Assembly: GCA_026418655.1 (NCBI GenBank)
Contig: JAOAAW010000063.1
Location: forward strand, 9,835-73,834
Reading direction: 5' to 3'
DNA from: a bacterium
GTDB lineage: Bacteria > Ratteibacteria > UBA8468 > B48-G9 > DTJG01
DNA length: 64,000 bases
The position numbers were made by a program, and so were the translations under genes. This document shows positions 55,341 to 64,000 of the stretch, one piece after another (position 1 is the stretch's first letter; every line of letters begins with the position of its first letter). The notes beneath the pieces are model-generated. The model saw nothing but the letters and a program-made list of their open reading frames with translations. It had not been told where the DNA came from and searched no databases.

Positions 55341-56895
55341 TTGTATCCTCCGTTTCAATAATTTCTCCGCCGCCAAAAAAATCAATTATCTCCCTGACCT
55401 CAGGACTTTCTTTCAATGGTATTTTTTTTTCTGAAGCAAGAACAAAGCAGCTAATAGCATATCGGTCTCCAAGCAATTTTTCAAGATTTCTTTCAATAAA
55501 TACCTTATTGTCATTAACCTTCTGACACAAAAATTTAAAACTTTCCTGAAAAGCAATGTGTATACATTTGTTCTCAACTTTAACAGGTTTTCCTTCCCTT
55601 AAAGCAGCGTATACAAGGGGTCTGTTTTTCTTTATCAGCGATAAAATTTCCTCCCATTTTCTATTGATTTTTGAAAACTCATCCTCTGGCTGTTGTTCTT
55701 CTTCAACAGCAATATCAGGCATCTGTGAGGTATCCTGCTCCTTTTCCTGCGTTTTTGATACTTCTTCTTTTTTTGACACAGTTATTTCATCTCTCAATTC
55801 AATATCTGTCTTCAGTACATCCACAAGATTGAAAAATAATAGTTCCGCAAGCACAAGTTCCAGTGGTTCGTATCTAATTTTTTCTTTCGTCTGCATTATC
55901 AGTTCAAGTGCTTTCACAAATTTTTCAGTCGCAACAGGTCTAAAATATTCAATCCATACACCATCTGTTTCTTCATCTCTTGCAGTTATACCATAGTGAT
56001 CCCATATCACAGTTTGAACCTTTTTAGCCATGGTTCCAAGGAGATTGGTAATATCCTTTCCTTCACAGACAAGTTTATGTAACAGACTAATTGAATTTTT
56101 TACATCACCTTTTACCATCGATTTTAATATCTCCCATATACTCTCTCCTGGGACAACGCCCAAAACTTCCATCGTCAATTCTGGTGTAATATTATTATCT
56201 TCAGCAAGTACCATAATCTGGTCAAGATACCCAAGAATGTCCCTCAATGACCCTGTTCCTGCTTCTATGAGTTTTTTCATTGCCTCAGGGGTAATTGTAT
56301 AACCTTCATTTCTGACAATTTTGTCCACCATCATTTTAATTTCATCATAACCGATTGGTTTAAAATCGTAACGCTGACATCTGGAAATAATTGTCGGTAG
56401 AATTTTTTCTGGCGCAGTCGTTGCAAAAATAAACTTTACATATTCGGGCGGCTCTTCCAGGGTTTTCAAAAGTGCGTTAAACGCCTCATTTGTAAGCATA
56501 TGCACCTCATCTATAAGATAGATTTTGTATCTGGCTTTCGCTGGTCGCAGAGAAACCGCTTCTCTCAGAGAACGTATCTCCTCAATGCCACGGTTTGAAG
56601 CACCGTCTATTTCAAGGAAATCCATAGAGGTGCCCTCATCTATTTCCTTGCAGAAAACACACTTATTACATGGCTCCACAGCAGGACCTTCAACACAGTT
56701 CAATGCCTTTGCAAAGACCCTGGCAATGGTGGTTTTCCCAACCCCCCTTGGACCGGCAAACAAAAATGCATGTGGAATTCTGCCAGTGGATATCGCCTGC
56801 TGGAGTTTCCTAACAATAGAATTCTGACCTGCCACATCTCCAAATATTCTTGGCCTGTACTTTCGGGCAAGTACCTGATAAATATCGTTTCCCAT
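55333..56895 (-). CDS. dnaX: DNA polymerase III subunit gamma/tau
   Basis: ARKYRPRIFGDVAGQ, Walker A GPRGVGKTT and the zinc module CNKCVFC. Confidence 0.9.
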   Translation of the reverse strand: MGNDIYQVLARKYRPRIFGDVAGQNSIVRKLQQAISTGRIPHAFLFAGPRGVGKTTIARVFAKALNCVEGPAVEPCNKCVFCKEIDEGTSMDFLEIDGASNRGIEEIRSLREAVSLRPAKARYKIYLIDEVHMLTNEAFNALLKTLEEPPEYVKFIFATTAPEKILPTIISRCQRYDFKPIGYDEIKMMVDKIVRNEGYTITPEAMKKLIEAGTGSLRDILGYLDQIMVLAEDNNITPELTMEVLGVVPGESIWEILKSMVKGDVKNSISLLHKLVCEGKDITNLLGTMAKKVQTVIWDHYGITARDEETDGVWIEYFRPVATEKFVKALELIMQTKEKIRYEPLELVLAELLFFNLVDVLKTDIELRDEITVSKKEEVSKTQEKEQDTSQMPDIAVEEEQQPEDEFSKINRKWEEILSLIKKNRPLVYAALREGKPVKVENKCIHIAFQESFKFLCQKVNDNKVFIERNLEKLLGDRYAISCFVLASEKKIPLKESPEVREIIDFFGGGEIIETEDTNG

Positions 56896-56897
56896 TT

Positions 56898-57923
56898 TTA
56901 AATGCTTCCAAGGAATCTCAAAACATCAAAGAAAAGCACCAGAATTCCTATTCCAATGATAAGCCCTGCAATAATCGCCAGTATCTTTTTGATATCCGGG
57001 CTGTAAACCTGCTGCGGAGGTACCGCCGTATCGAGTACCTGAATAAAAGGAGTGTTTTTTGTTTCATCCAGTTTTGCTGTTTCAAGCTGGGCTGTTAAAA
57101 ATGAATAAACGCTCTCCTGTGCTTTTAACTCTCGTAGAATTTGCGTGAGCCTGGTTTGATAAAATGTTAATCTATCAAGCTCTTTCTGCAGATCTTTTAT
57201 TTCCGCGTTCAGAAGAACAATCTCTGGCTGGTCAGGCTGATAAATCCTCTTCATTTTCTCCAGTTCAAGCTTTTTTGTGGCAAGTTTTGTCATCAATTCT
57301 GTTGCAAGTGCACTTATTTCTCCTGTATCTTTTATGGCAAGAAGTTTATTTGCCTGCTGAAGTTGATTCAGTTCCTCCTGGAGTTGTTGGAGGGCTTTAC
57401 CAGTACTTACCAGCCTTTCTTCTATAAATATACGATTTTTCTTTGCCGTGGTAATTGTCATTTCCTGTAATAACCTGTCCAGGTTTTTCCAGAAAAAATT
57501 TGCCATATCAGCAGCCCTAATGGGATCTCTATCTATCACGCTTATTGATATAACACGCTGGCCTGATGCTGATATATTGCAGCTTGCTCGTAATATCTCT
57601 CTAACCCTATCAACATTTGAAATACCATAAACTGATGAAAGATCAAACTTTTCTATGATGTCGTCATACATTCTTCTGCTTGTGAGTATGGACATAAATA
57701 GTTCGGTTCCTGTATCCTGAGTGTCTTTAGTTTTCTTGGTAACATCCAGTGTTTCAATACTTCCTATGGGTTTAAGAATGGCTGCTGTTGCTCTGTAATA
57801 TTTTGGTGAAATAAGATAATACAGTATACCCAGCAAAATACCGAGAATGAGAAACAGGAAAATAAAAAGTATGTGCCGCCTGACACTCATTACAACTTTC
57901 TGATTTCTGGTAATTTTTTCCAT
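56898..57923 (-). CDS. polysaccharide chain-length determinant (Wzz/PCP/GumC-like) protein
   Basis: N-terminal TM helix, a long periplasmic coiled-coil region (QQLQEELNQLQQANKLL) and a C-terminal TM helix (ILAIIAGLIIGIGILVLFF). Confidence 0.6.
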   Translation of the reverse strand: MEKITRNQKVVMSVRRHILFIFLFLILGILLGILYYLISPKYYRATAAILKPIGSIETLDVTKKTKDTQDTGTELFMSILTSRRMYDDIIEKFDLSSVYGISNVDRVREILRASCNISASGQRVISISVIDRDPIRAADMANFFWKNLDRLLQEMTITTAKKNRIFIEERLVSTGKALQQLQEELNQLQQANKLLAIKDTGEISALATELMTKLATKKLELEKMKRIYQPDQPEIVLLNAEIKDLQKELDRLTFYQTRLTQILRELKAQESVYSFLTAQLETAKLDETKNTPFIQVLDTAVPPQQVYSPDIKKILAIIAGLIIGIGILVLFFDVLRFLGSI

Positions 57924-59746
57924 CAGTCAATAATCATTTTCACGTAATACAACATTTGCAGGATGTCCTTCAGAATCTTGCCGGGTCTGTCTTTGGCAAG
58001 AAATCCAACGACTATAAAATCTCCAGGATCTATTTTTTTCAGGTCATTTGTTGCAGTGCCATTTGCTTTTATTATAAAAATATTTTTGACATCTGCATTT
58101 CTCGTAAAAGAACCTGCTTTTTCAATATAATACCTGATGTCTGCTCCTTCTTTATAAAGAACGTTTGCAGGATGATTAACCTCTCCAGCAACACTTACTA
58201 TATCTGGTTTTACTGGAATATGTATCCTGTCTCCGTCTTCAAGAACAAGGTCAGATTCAGAGCCTGCAAATTTATTCCAGGGTTCAAGATATACAACAAC
58301 TCTTCCTGTGACAGGCGCCTGAGCAAGCTGCTGGAGAAGTCCTTTACCTTTTTCTATAATTGCTTTTTCTTCTTCACTTACAGCTCTGCCTGCCTCCTTT
58401 TCAAGGGTTGCGCTTTTTTCAATTATGAATTTTTCAATCTCCTGCTTTTCTCTCTGTCTGGCAGAAACTCTTGTGAAAATCACACCATTGAGATATGCCT
58501 GGGAAGTAAATCCACCGGCCCTCTGTATTAACGAACTTAACCTCTCTCCAGGTACCAGGATATATTCCCCTGGAAATTTTATTTCTCCTGTTATGGTAAC
58601 CTTTTTAATTGGTCTATCCTTTGACCTCACAATAATCCTGTCTCTCGGTTTCAGCTCAACATTTCCGATTCTTCTTACAGCTTCTATAAGAGAAAATTGA
58701 ACTATCTCTCTTGTACCATCTGGTTTTTCCCTTATTATTTCAGCCTGCTCCTGAAGGGTCTCAGGCAAAAGGTCTGTCTCGCTGATAATATCTGCCACCT
58801 GAAGCCCTTTTTTCCACTGGTATTTGCCCGGGTTTTTTATTGTTCCTTCCACATCTACACAATCAATAATCTCCTTATTCAAAAATGAAATTTCAACCAC
58901 ATCTCCATCTGTTAGGACGAAACTATCAACCTCCTGTTTTTTCACAAGCTGTGGGAAAATATCTATAATTATTTTTCCTGCTGATGGATCATTGCGAAAA
59001 ACAGTTATTCTACGTGTATCAGCCTCAGGTAACAATCCACCAGCATATTCGAATAATCTCTGAAGAGTAATCGAACCATCTATTTCATATATTGCGGGCC
59101 TTCTAACTGCTCCTTTGATGCTGACAAAACCCTTTGCAAGCGGAACATAAACAATATCTTCTGGTTGAAAGTTTATTTCAGGAAGCATTCCACCAAGCAA
59201 AACAGGATACAAATCAATTTCTTTTCTCGTACCATCCTTGCTTATAACACTGATTTTTCTCAGGGTTCCACCAGAGTTGATACCACCTGCCATTGCAAGA
59301 ACTTCAAGAATAGTGGCTGATGCAGTAATGGTATGTGTTCCTGGTTTTTTGACCTCTCCTATCACAAAAACACAAATCAAACGGGGTTTTAGAAGGGTTA
59401 TCTCAATCTTTACATCTCTATAAATTTTATTAAATTTATCCTGGAGGTATTTTTTTGCCAGGTTAAGACTCTTACCGGATAAATGCAACTTGCCAATTTT
59501 AGAAACAAGGATATTGCCTTCTCTATCAATCTCCATCTGCTGTCGCATGTCAATCACACCCCAGGCTGCAATTTCAATCTGGTCTCCTGGTCCAAGCAGG
59601 TAATTTTCAGGAATAAACCTTCCTACCTCAGATGTGGTCAGATTCATATTTGAAAAAAAGTCCTGTCCAAAAACACGTAGCTCATCTGAAAATACCTTTA
59701 GTGCCAGAATTTGCGAAAAGAAAATTAACAAAAAAAATCTTTTCAT
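57923..59746 (-). CDS. polysaccharide export protein (Wza-like; Poly_export plus multiple SLBB domains)
   Basis: Signal peptide and YLLGPGDQIEIAAWG (Poly_export PGD motif). Repeated SLBB-like units (GEVKKPG..., GTIKNPGKY..., GEIKFPGEY..., GEVNHPAN...). Confidence 0.75.
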   Translation of the reverse strand: MKRFFLLIFFSQILALKVFSDELRVFGQDFFSNMNLTTSEVGRFIPENYLLGPGDQIEIAAWGVIDMRQQMEIDREGNILVSKIGKLHLSGKSLNLAKKYLQDKFNKIYRDVKIEITLLKPRLICVFVIGEVKKPGTHTITASATILEVLAMAGGINSGGTLRKISVISKDGTRKEIDLYPVLLGGMLPEINFQPEDIVYVPLAKGFVSIKGAVRRPAIYEIDGSITLQRLFEYAGGLLPEADTRRITVFRNDPSAGKIIIDIFPQLVKKQEVDSFVLTDGDVVEISFLNKEIIDCVDVEGTIKNPGKYQWKKGLQVADIISETDLLPETLQEQAEIIREKPDGTREIVQFSLIEAVRRIGNVELKPRDRIIVRSKDRPIKKVTITGEIKFPGEYILVPGERLSSLIQRAGGFTSQAYLNGVIFTRVSARQREKQEIEKFIIEKSATLEKEAGRAVSEEEKAIIEKGKGLLQQLAQAPVTGRVVVYLEPWNKFAGSESDLVLEDGDRIHIPVKPDIVSVAGEVNHPANVLYKEGADIRYYIEKAGSFTRNADVKNIFIIKANGTATNDLKKIDPGDFIVVGFLAKDRPGKILKDILQMLYYVKMIID

Positions 59747-59868
59747 TTTTTCTCCGGTGTCTTATATGCATAAAATACCATTATCCAGAATTTCGTCAAG
59801 TTTTGCAGTGGTAAACAAAAATGGGTACTGGTTTTTTATTCAATTACTTACTAGGTACCCTGGAAAGA

Positions 59869-61128
59869 CTATTTCATATAGGCCTTTGCCACCTTTTCAA
59901 ACGCATCAACATAAAGCTTCATATGGCTTTCATCATAAACAGGGTGCGTAAAAAAGCTCATTGTCCTTTCTGAAAGCCATTTTGCCTTCTTACACTCTAC
60001 TTTTGTATAATCAATCTGCCGTGCATTGGGATCTTTGAATGGATATTTCAATCTCCCAAAGCCATTCTGTTCAACATAGGCCTGTTCTTTATACATCTCA
60101 GGCCACTGTACTCCATAGACAGGTACTCCTTCTGCCTCCATTGCATTTACAAATTGTTTTACCGGTACTTTCAATCTTTCAGCATCAAGAACAAAGGGAG
60201 CCCACCAGAATGCATTCTGTCTCTCCTGGGTATCAACTGGTGGATAAAGCACAAGAGGATGGTCTTTCAAAGCGTTTATAAGATACTTTCCATTTCTCTT
60301 TCTGTTTGGTAGATTCCAGGTATCAAACCTTTCCAGTTCGCACAGCCCTATCAAAGATTGTATTTCGGTCATTCTGTAATTAAATCCTACCCTTCTATGA
60401 ATATATGTAAGTTTGGCTTCAAGCTCAAGAAGCCTCAACCTTTGCTGAACATCATATCCATGGTCTCTGAATGACTTACATTCCCAGTGAAGATTTTCAC
60501 CATTTGTAATAACAGCCCCTCCTTCGCCACCGGTTGTAAAATGCTTGCTCTGACAAAAGCTAAAACAACCAATATCTCCGATTGTTCCTGCCTTCTTTCC
60601 TTTGTAAACGCCGCCAAAACACTGGGCACAATCTTCAATCACATAAAGATTGTGTTTCCTTGCAATTTCAAGAATAGGATCCATGTCAGCAACAACACCA
60701 TATAGATGTACGACAAGAATTGCCCTTGTCCTTTCATTTATATGCTGTTCAATTCCTTTCGGATCAAGGGTATGGGATTCATCTACATCTGCAAACACAG
60801 GCAATGCTCCTGCCTGAAGGATACAGAAGGAAGAAGCAATAAATGAATAGGATGGACATATCACCTCGTCTCCAGGGCCTATTCCAAGGGCTGCAACAGC
60901 CGTATGAAGAGCACTGGTTCCATTGGTTGTGGTGATTGCGTATTTTGCACCATTCCATTTTGCCCATGCCTCTTCAAATTGCGTTCCGTAATTTCCTGTC
61001 CAGTAGTTGACTCTTCCTGTTTTCAATGGCTCAAGTGCCCTTTCAATAGTTTTTTCCGAGAACGCTGGCCACATTGGAAAGGGTTTATTGTTAATTTTTT
61101 CTCCGCCTTCAATTGCAAGTTTCGTCAT
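59869..61128 (-). CDS. DegT/DnrJ/EryC1/StrS-family PLP-dependent sugar aminotransferase or dehydratase
   Basis: TTNGTSALH, DEVICPSYSFIAS and CFSFCQSKHFTTGEGG (PLP-binding Lys region). Confidence 0.85.
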   Translation of the reverse strand: MTKLAIEGGEKINNKPFPMWPAFSEKTIERALEPLKTGRVNYWTGNYGTQFEEAWAKWNGAKYAITTTNGTSALHTAVAALGIGPGDEVICPSYSFIASSFCILQAGALPVFADVDESHTLDPKGIEQHINERTRAILVVHLYGVVADMDPILEIARKHNLYVIEDCAQCFGGVYKGKKAGTIGDIGCFSFCQSKHFTTGGEGGAVITNGENLHWECKSFRDHGYDVQQRLRLLELEAKLTYIHRRVGFNYRMTEIQSLIGLCELERFDTWNLPNRKRNGKYLINALKDHPLVLYPPVDTQERQNAFWWAPFVLDAERLKVPVKQFVNAMEAEGVPVYGVQWPEMYKEQAYVEQNGFGRLKYPFKDPNARQIDYTKVECKKAKWLSERTMSFFTHPVYDESHMKLYVDAFEKVAKAYMK

Positions 61129-61291
61129 ATTTCCCTCCGTGTAAAATATCAGAAATTGTTTGAGAATATTTTAGCAATCCAATATGTTTTGTCAAAAATA
61201 ATTTTTAAGTATGCTGGTTTCTGCTAATTTCGTCCCCATACGTTTCTTAGTATTGAAAGATACTGGCACGTTTAAATTATGTCTATGGATG

Positions 61292-62029
61292 TTATTCCTT
61301 ACAAAGTTTAACAAGTCGGCCTGCGTTTTTTACAGCATAACCATAAAAGTCATTATTGAAATAAACAAACACTTCCTTTGTTTTTCTCCAGATTTTAATT
61401 TTAGACGAAAGTTCTTTCAGTTGGTTTTCAGAATATTCAGAAGCAAAAAGTTCTTGCGGTCCATGCATTCTCATATAAACAAAATCAGCAGTTATATTTT
61501 CCATTTCAGGATATCTTGAAGAATTCGCGATAACCCAACCAGCATTATATCTTTTAAGCAATTCACATATTTTTTCATTATCCCAGGAGGCGTGCCTGAA
61601 TTCAAATGATATTTTTATTTCATCTTTTGACAGTGAAAAAAAATTTTCAATTCTTTCCAGATTTTTTACATTATATCTGAAACTCGCAGGAAACTGAAAC
61701 AGGATTACACCAAGTTTCCTGCCCAGAATCTTTGCGCCATTAATAAATTTCCACCATTCTTTCTCAATTTCTGACAATCTTTTAATATGTGTAATGCTTC
61801 TATGAACTTTTACTGAGAAAATAAAATTGTCAGGCACCTGACAATACCAGTTTTTATAGGTTGTATCTTTCGGAAAATGATAGAAAGAAGAATTTATTTC
61901 AACTGTATTGAAATATCGGGAATAAAATTTTAGATATTCCTTTGATGAAAGATCTGCGGGATAGAATATTCCCTGCCAATCCTGATAGTTCCAGCCACTT
62001 GTCCCGATAAAAAGATTCTTATCAGGCAT
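61292..62029 (-). CDS. DUF72 (UPF0759) family protein
   Basis: IGTSGWNYQDWQGIFYP start and family-typical length. Confidence 0.8.
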   Translation of the reverse strand: MPDKNLFIGTSGWNYQDWQGIFYPADLSSKEYLKFYSRYFNTVEINSSFYHFPKDTTYKNWYCQVPDNFIFSVKVHRSITHIKRLSEIEKEWWKFINGAKILGRKLGVILFQFPASFRYNVKNLERIENFFSLSKDEIKISFEFRHASWDNEKICELLKRYNAGWVIANSSRYPEMENITADFVYMRMHGPQELFASEYSENQLKELSSKIKIWRKTKEVFVYFNNDFYGYAVKNAGRLVKLCKE

Positions 62030-63131
62030 ATAACTCTTCGATAAGAATTCTTCTCATCCTCAATGTACTAACAAAAGAACCTCTGCTTGTCTCACCGTCT
62101 ACACAATAGGATATCAAAACCGCGTCTTCAGTGAAATGAATAGCAGGATAACAAAAGCCGTGTCTGGGAGAATCTTCCAGAAGTTTATGATGCTTCCAAC
62201 TTTTTCCCTCGTCATCACTTATGGCACAGACCAGTGGAGTTCTTCCCCTTGAAATCGGCTCTGGCTTTTCTGTTTCAAATATTCTGCTATGGTCATTCCA
62301 GACAACCAGAAGGTCTCCTGTTTTTGGAATTCTTTTTACATGCATAGGACTTGATGGACTCACAAATTGAGATGGCTCAGGTTCAGTCCAGGTCTGTCCC
62401 TGGTCATCACTGAATGACTGCCATTGTCTTCCCTCTTCACCTGGCCTCGTCCATGACCATAATCTTCCATTTTTCAGTTCAATAACTCCTGGTTCCTGTA
62501 ATCCATGTCCTGAAGGAAAACACCTGTAGTAATTTGTCAAAGATTCAAGCCAGTTTTTACCTCCATCATCGCTTAAAAAGAAAAGAATCAGGGCAGGCGA
62601 AGAAAAAAAGCTTCTCACTTCTTCTCCAGGAATAAGAACCGAAGGACCCCTGTATCTGTGCAATGCAGCAGGAACAATAATACGACCGCATTTCATCTGT
62701 ATCATTCTGTCATTATTTACAACATAATAACCGGGTTCCCAGGCTATAGAAATCGGTTCAGAAAGGGTTTCAAGTTCATCTTCACTTGTACGAATATAGG
62801 GCATGCATATTTTTCTTCCATCCTTTCTGAGATAAACAACTGCTATTTTTCCGTCCTGAAGCCGCAGCAGGGAAGGGCTCATCACATTGGTTGTGCCTTC
62901 TTTTTGTATTAATACTTTGTCTTCTCTAGACCATGTTTTGCCATCATCGTCTGAATATTTTGTGGCAATCACTGCTTCAGCAAAATCTGAGGTTGAGCCA
63001 GAAAATTTTGACCAGGCAAAAACAATTCTTCCTGATTTTAATGTAATGAAACTTGCTTCACTATGCCTTGGATTTTGGTCTGTTGGGTCAATCTGTAAAA
63101 CTATCTTTCCTGGCTTTGTGTTGGTTTTCAT
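62022..63131 (-). CDS. BNR/Asp-box repeat protein, sialidase (GH33)-like
   Basis: Four Asp-box motifs (SDDDGKTW, SDDGGKNW, SDDQGQTW, SDDEGKSW). Start set at the Met preceded by AGGAGG. Confidence 0.6.
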   Translation of the reverse strand: MKTNTKPGKIVLQIDPTDQNPRHSEASFITLKSGRIVFAWSKFSGSTSDFAEAVIATKYSDDDGKTWSREDKVLIQKEGTTNVMSPSLLRLQDGKIAVVYLRKDGRKICMPYIRTSEDELETLSEPISIAWEPGYYVVNNDRMIQMKCGRIIVPAALHRYRGPSVLIPGEEVRSFFSSPALILFFLSDDGGKNWLESLTNYYRCFPSGHGLQEPGVIELKNGRLWSWTRPGEEGRQWQSFSDDQGQTWTEPEPSQFVSPSSPMHVKRIPKTGDLLVVWNDHSRIFETEKPEPISRGRTPLVCAISDDEGKSWKHHKLLEDSPRHGFCYPAIHFTEDAVLISYCVDGETSRGSFVSTLRMRRILIEELYA

Positions 63132-63144
63132 CTGTATCCTCCTG

Positions 63145-64000
63145 TTACAGTTCCCTGTCAAAACTTCTGTACTGCAGCGCTTCTGCAATATGACTCAGTG
63201 TTATTTTTTCTGATTCTTCAAGGTCTGCTATTGTCCTGGCGACCTTTAAAATTTTATCATAGCCCCTGGCAGATAGGTTCATTTTCTCAAGTGCTTCTTG
63301 AATAAATCTTTTACAGTCATCATCAAGGATACAAAATTGTTTCAATTGTTTTGTGTCCATATGCGCATTGCAGTAAATTCCTGTACCCCTGAATCTGTGA
63401 AATTGAATCTTTCTGCATTTTTCAACCCTTTTTCTGATGGTTTCTGAATCTTCACCACTGGAATCAGAAACAAGATGCCTTGAGCCAAGTGCTGAAACTT
63501 CAATATGGATATCTATCCTGTCAAGAAGTGGCCCGGAAACTTTTTTTCTGTATTTAATAATCTGCGGCACAGTACACCTGCACGGTCTTCTATCATCTCC
63601 GTAATAACCACATGGACAGGGATTCATTGCAGCTACAAGAAAGAATCTTGATGGGAATTCTATTTTCCCTTTTGCCCTTGAAACAACAACCCTTCCATCT
63701 TCCATTGGTTGTCTGAGTGCCTCCAAAACATCCCTGTGAAACTCTGGAAGTTCATCAAGAAACAAAACTCCATTATGCGCAAGGGATATTTCTCCTGGCT
63801 TTGGTATTGCGCCTCCACCTATAAGGGCAATATCTGAAATTGTATGGTGTGGTTGCCTGAAAGGCCTTGTAGTAACAATTCCTCCGTCAAGAATTCCAGC
63901 AACACTGTGTATTTTTGTTATTTCTATTGCCTCTTCAATTTCAAGAGAAGGAAATATTGTTGGAATTCTTTTCGCAATCATACTCTTGCCTGTACCAGGC
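63145..64000 (-). CDS. comM: Mg-chelatase-like AAA+ ATPase YifB/ComM, C-terminal part (gene continues beyond the right window edge)
   Basis: LFLDELPEF (Walker B), the Cys cluster CPCGYYGDDRRPCRC, and a C-terminal ChlI-C domain. The reading frame is open to position 64000, with Walker A (PGTGKSM) at the very edge. Confidence 0.85.
   Translation of the reverse strand, partial: PGTGKSMIAKRIPTIFPSLEIEEAIEITKIHSVAGILDGGIVTTRPFRQPHHTISDIALIGGGAIPKPGEISLAHNGVLFLDELPEFHRDVLEALRQPMEDGRVVVSRAKGKIEFPSRFFLVAAMNPCPCGYYGDDRRPCRCTVPQIIKYRKKVSGPLLDRIDIHIEVSALGSRHLVSDSSGEDSETIRKRVEKCRKIQFHRFRGTGIYCNAHMDTKQLKQFCILDDDCKRFIQEALEKMNLSARGYDKILKVARTIADLEESEKITLSHIAEALQYRSFDREL

Noticed and set aside
55341-55385. 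Longer YbaB start (MIFLAAEKLLKRRIQ...)
   Set aside because: YbaB homologs begin at MANIFEM-type sequences. The extension would overlap dnaX substantially.
63132-63188. Longer start for the BNR sialidase-like gene overlapping comM by 44 nt
   Set aside because: The internal Met at 63131 is preceded by a perfect AGGAGG SD and removes the overlap.
1-64000. CRISPR arrays, tRNA/rRNA genes, IS elements or prophage genes
   Set aside because: No spaced direct repeats. No intergenic region is long enough or shaped for a tRNA. No transposase, integrase or phage structural motifs were seen in any ORF.

Overview
AT-rich bacterial chromosomal segment, almost entirely coding, with no rRNA, tRNA, CRISPR array or transposase/integrase detectable by eye. 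The gene content (many sulfatase, glycoside-hydrolase-like and Gfo/Idh/MocA genes plus a stand-alone prepilin-type protein) resembles PVC-type or candidate-phylum polysaccharide degraders; this is an inference, not a search result. Housekeeping genes at the edges and centre are dnaG (5' partial), lepB, hup, tilS, rpmA-acpS-nnrD, tyrS, folP-ruvX-rnd, recR-ybaB-dnaX and comM (3' partial). Between them lie accessory blocks. (i) 8.0-12.1 kb: a large secreted acidic protein gene that appears broken by two compensating homopolymer frameshifts. It carries two HExxH motifs, is followed directly by a secreted HEAT-repeat protein gene, and is preceded by a promoter-like element with a G7 tract. (ii) 13.7-37.3 kb: a glycan-utilisation island with GH78 rhamnosidase, a Cys-type sulfatase with its divergent radical-SAM maturase, a DUF5060-GH5 protein, DUF4838-like proteins, two URO-D-like paralogs, a twice-repeated ceramidase-like plus Gfo/Idh/MocA module, a ThuA-Gfo fusion, a class II aldolase and a DapA-like/DHOD-like/sugar-phosphate-isomerase operon. 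(iii) 43-54 kb: large uncharacterised secreted and cytoplasmic proteins co-oriented with an lpxL-like acyltransferase. (iv) 56.9-63.1 kb: Wzz/Wza export genes fused directly upstream of dnaX, plus DegT aminotransferase, DUF72 and a BNR sialidase-like protein. The best candidates for an undescribed system are the frameshifted HExxH protein with its HEAT partner and the repeated ceramidase-like/Gfo/URO-D-like modules in the sulfatase/rhamnosidase island. All calls rest on motifs recognised by eye, and no database search was possible.
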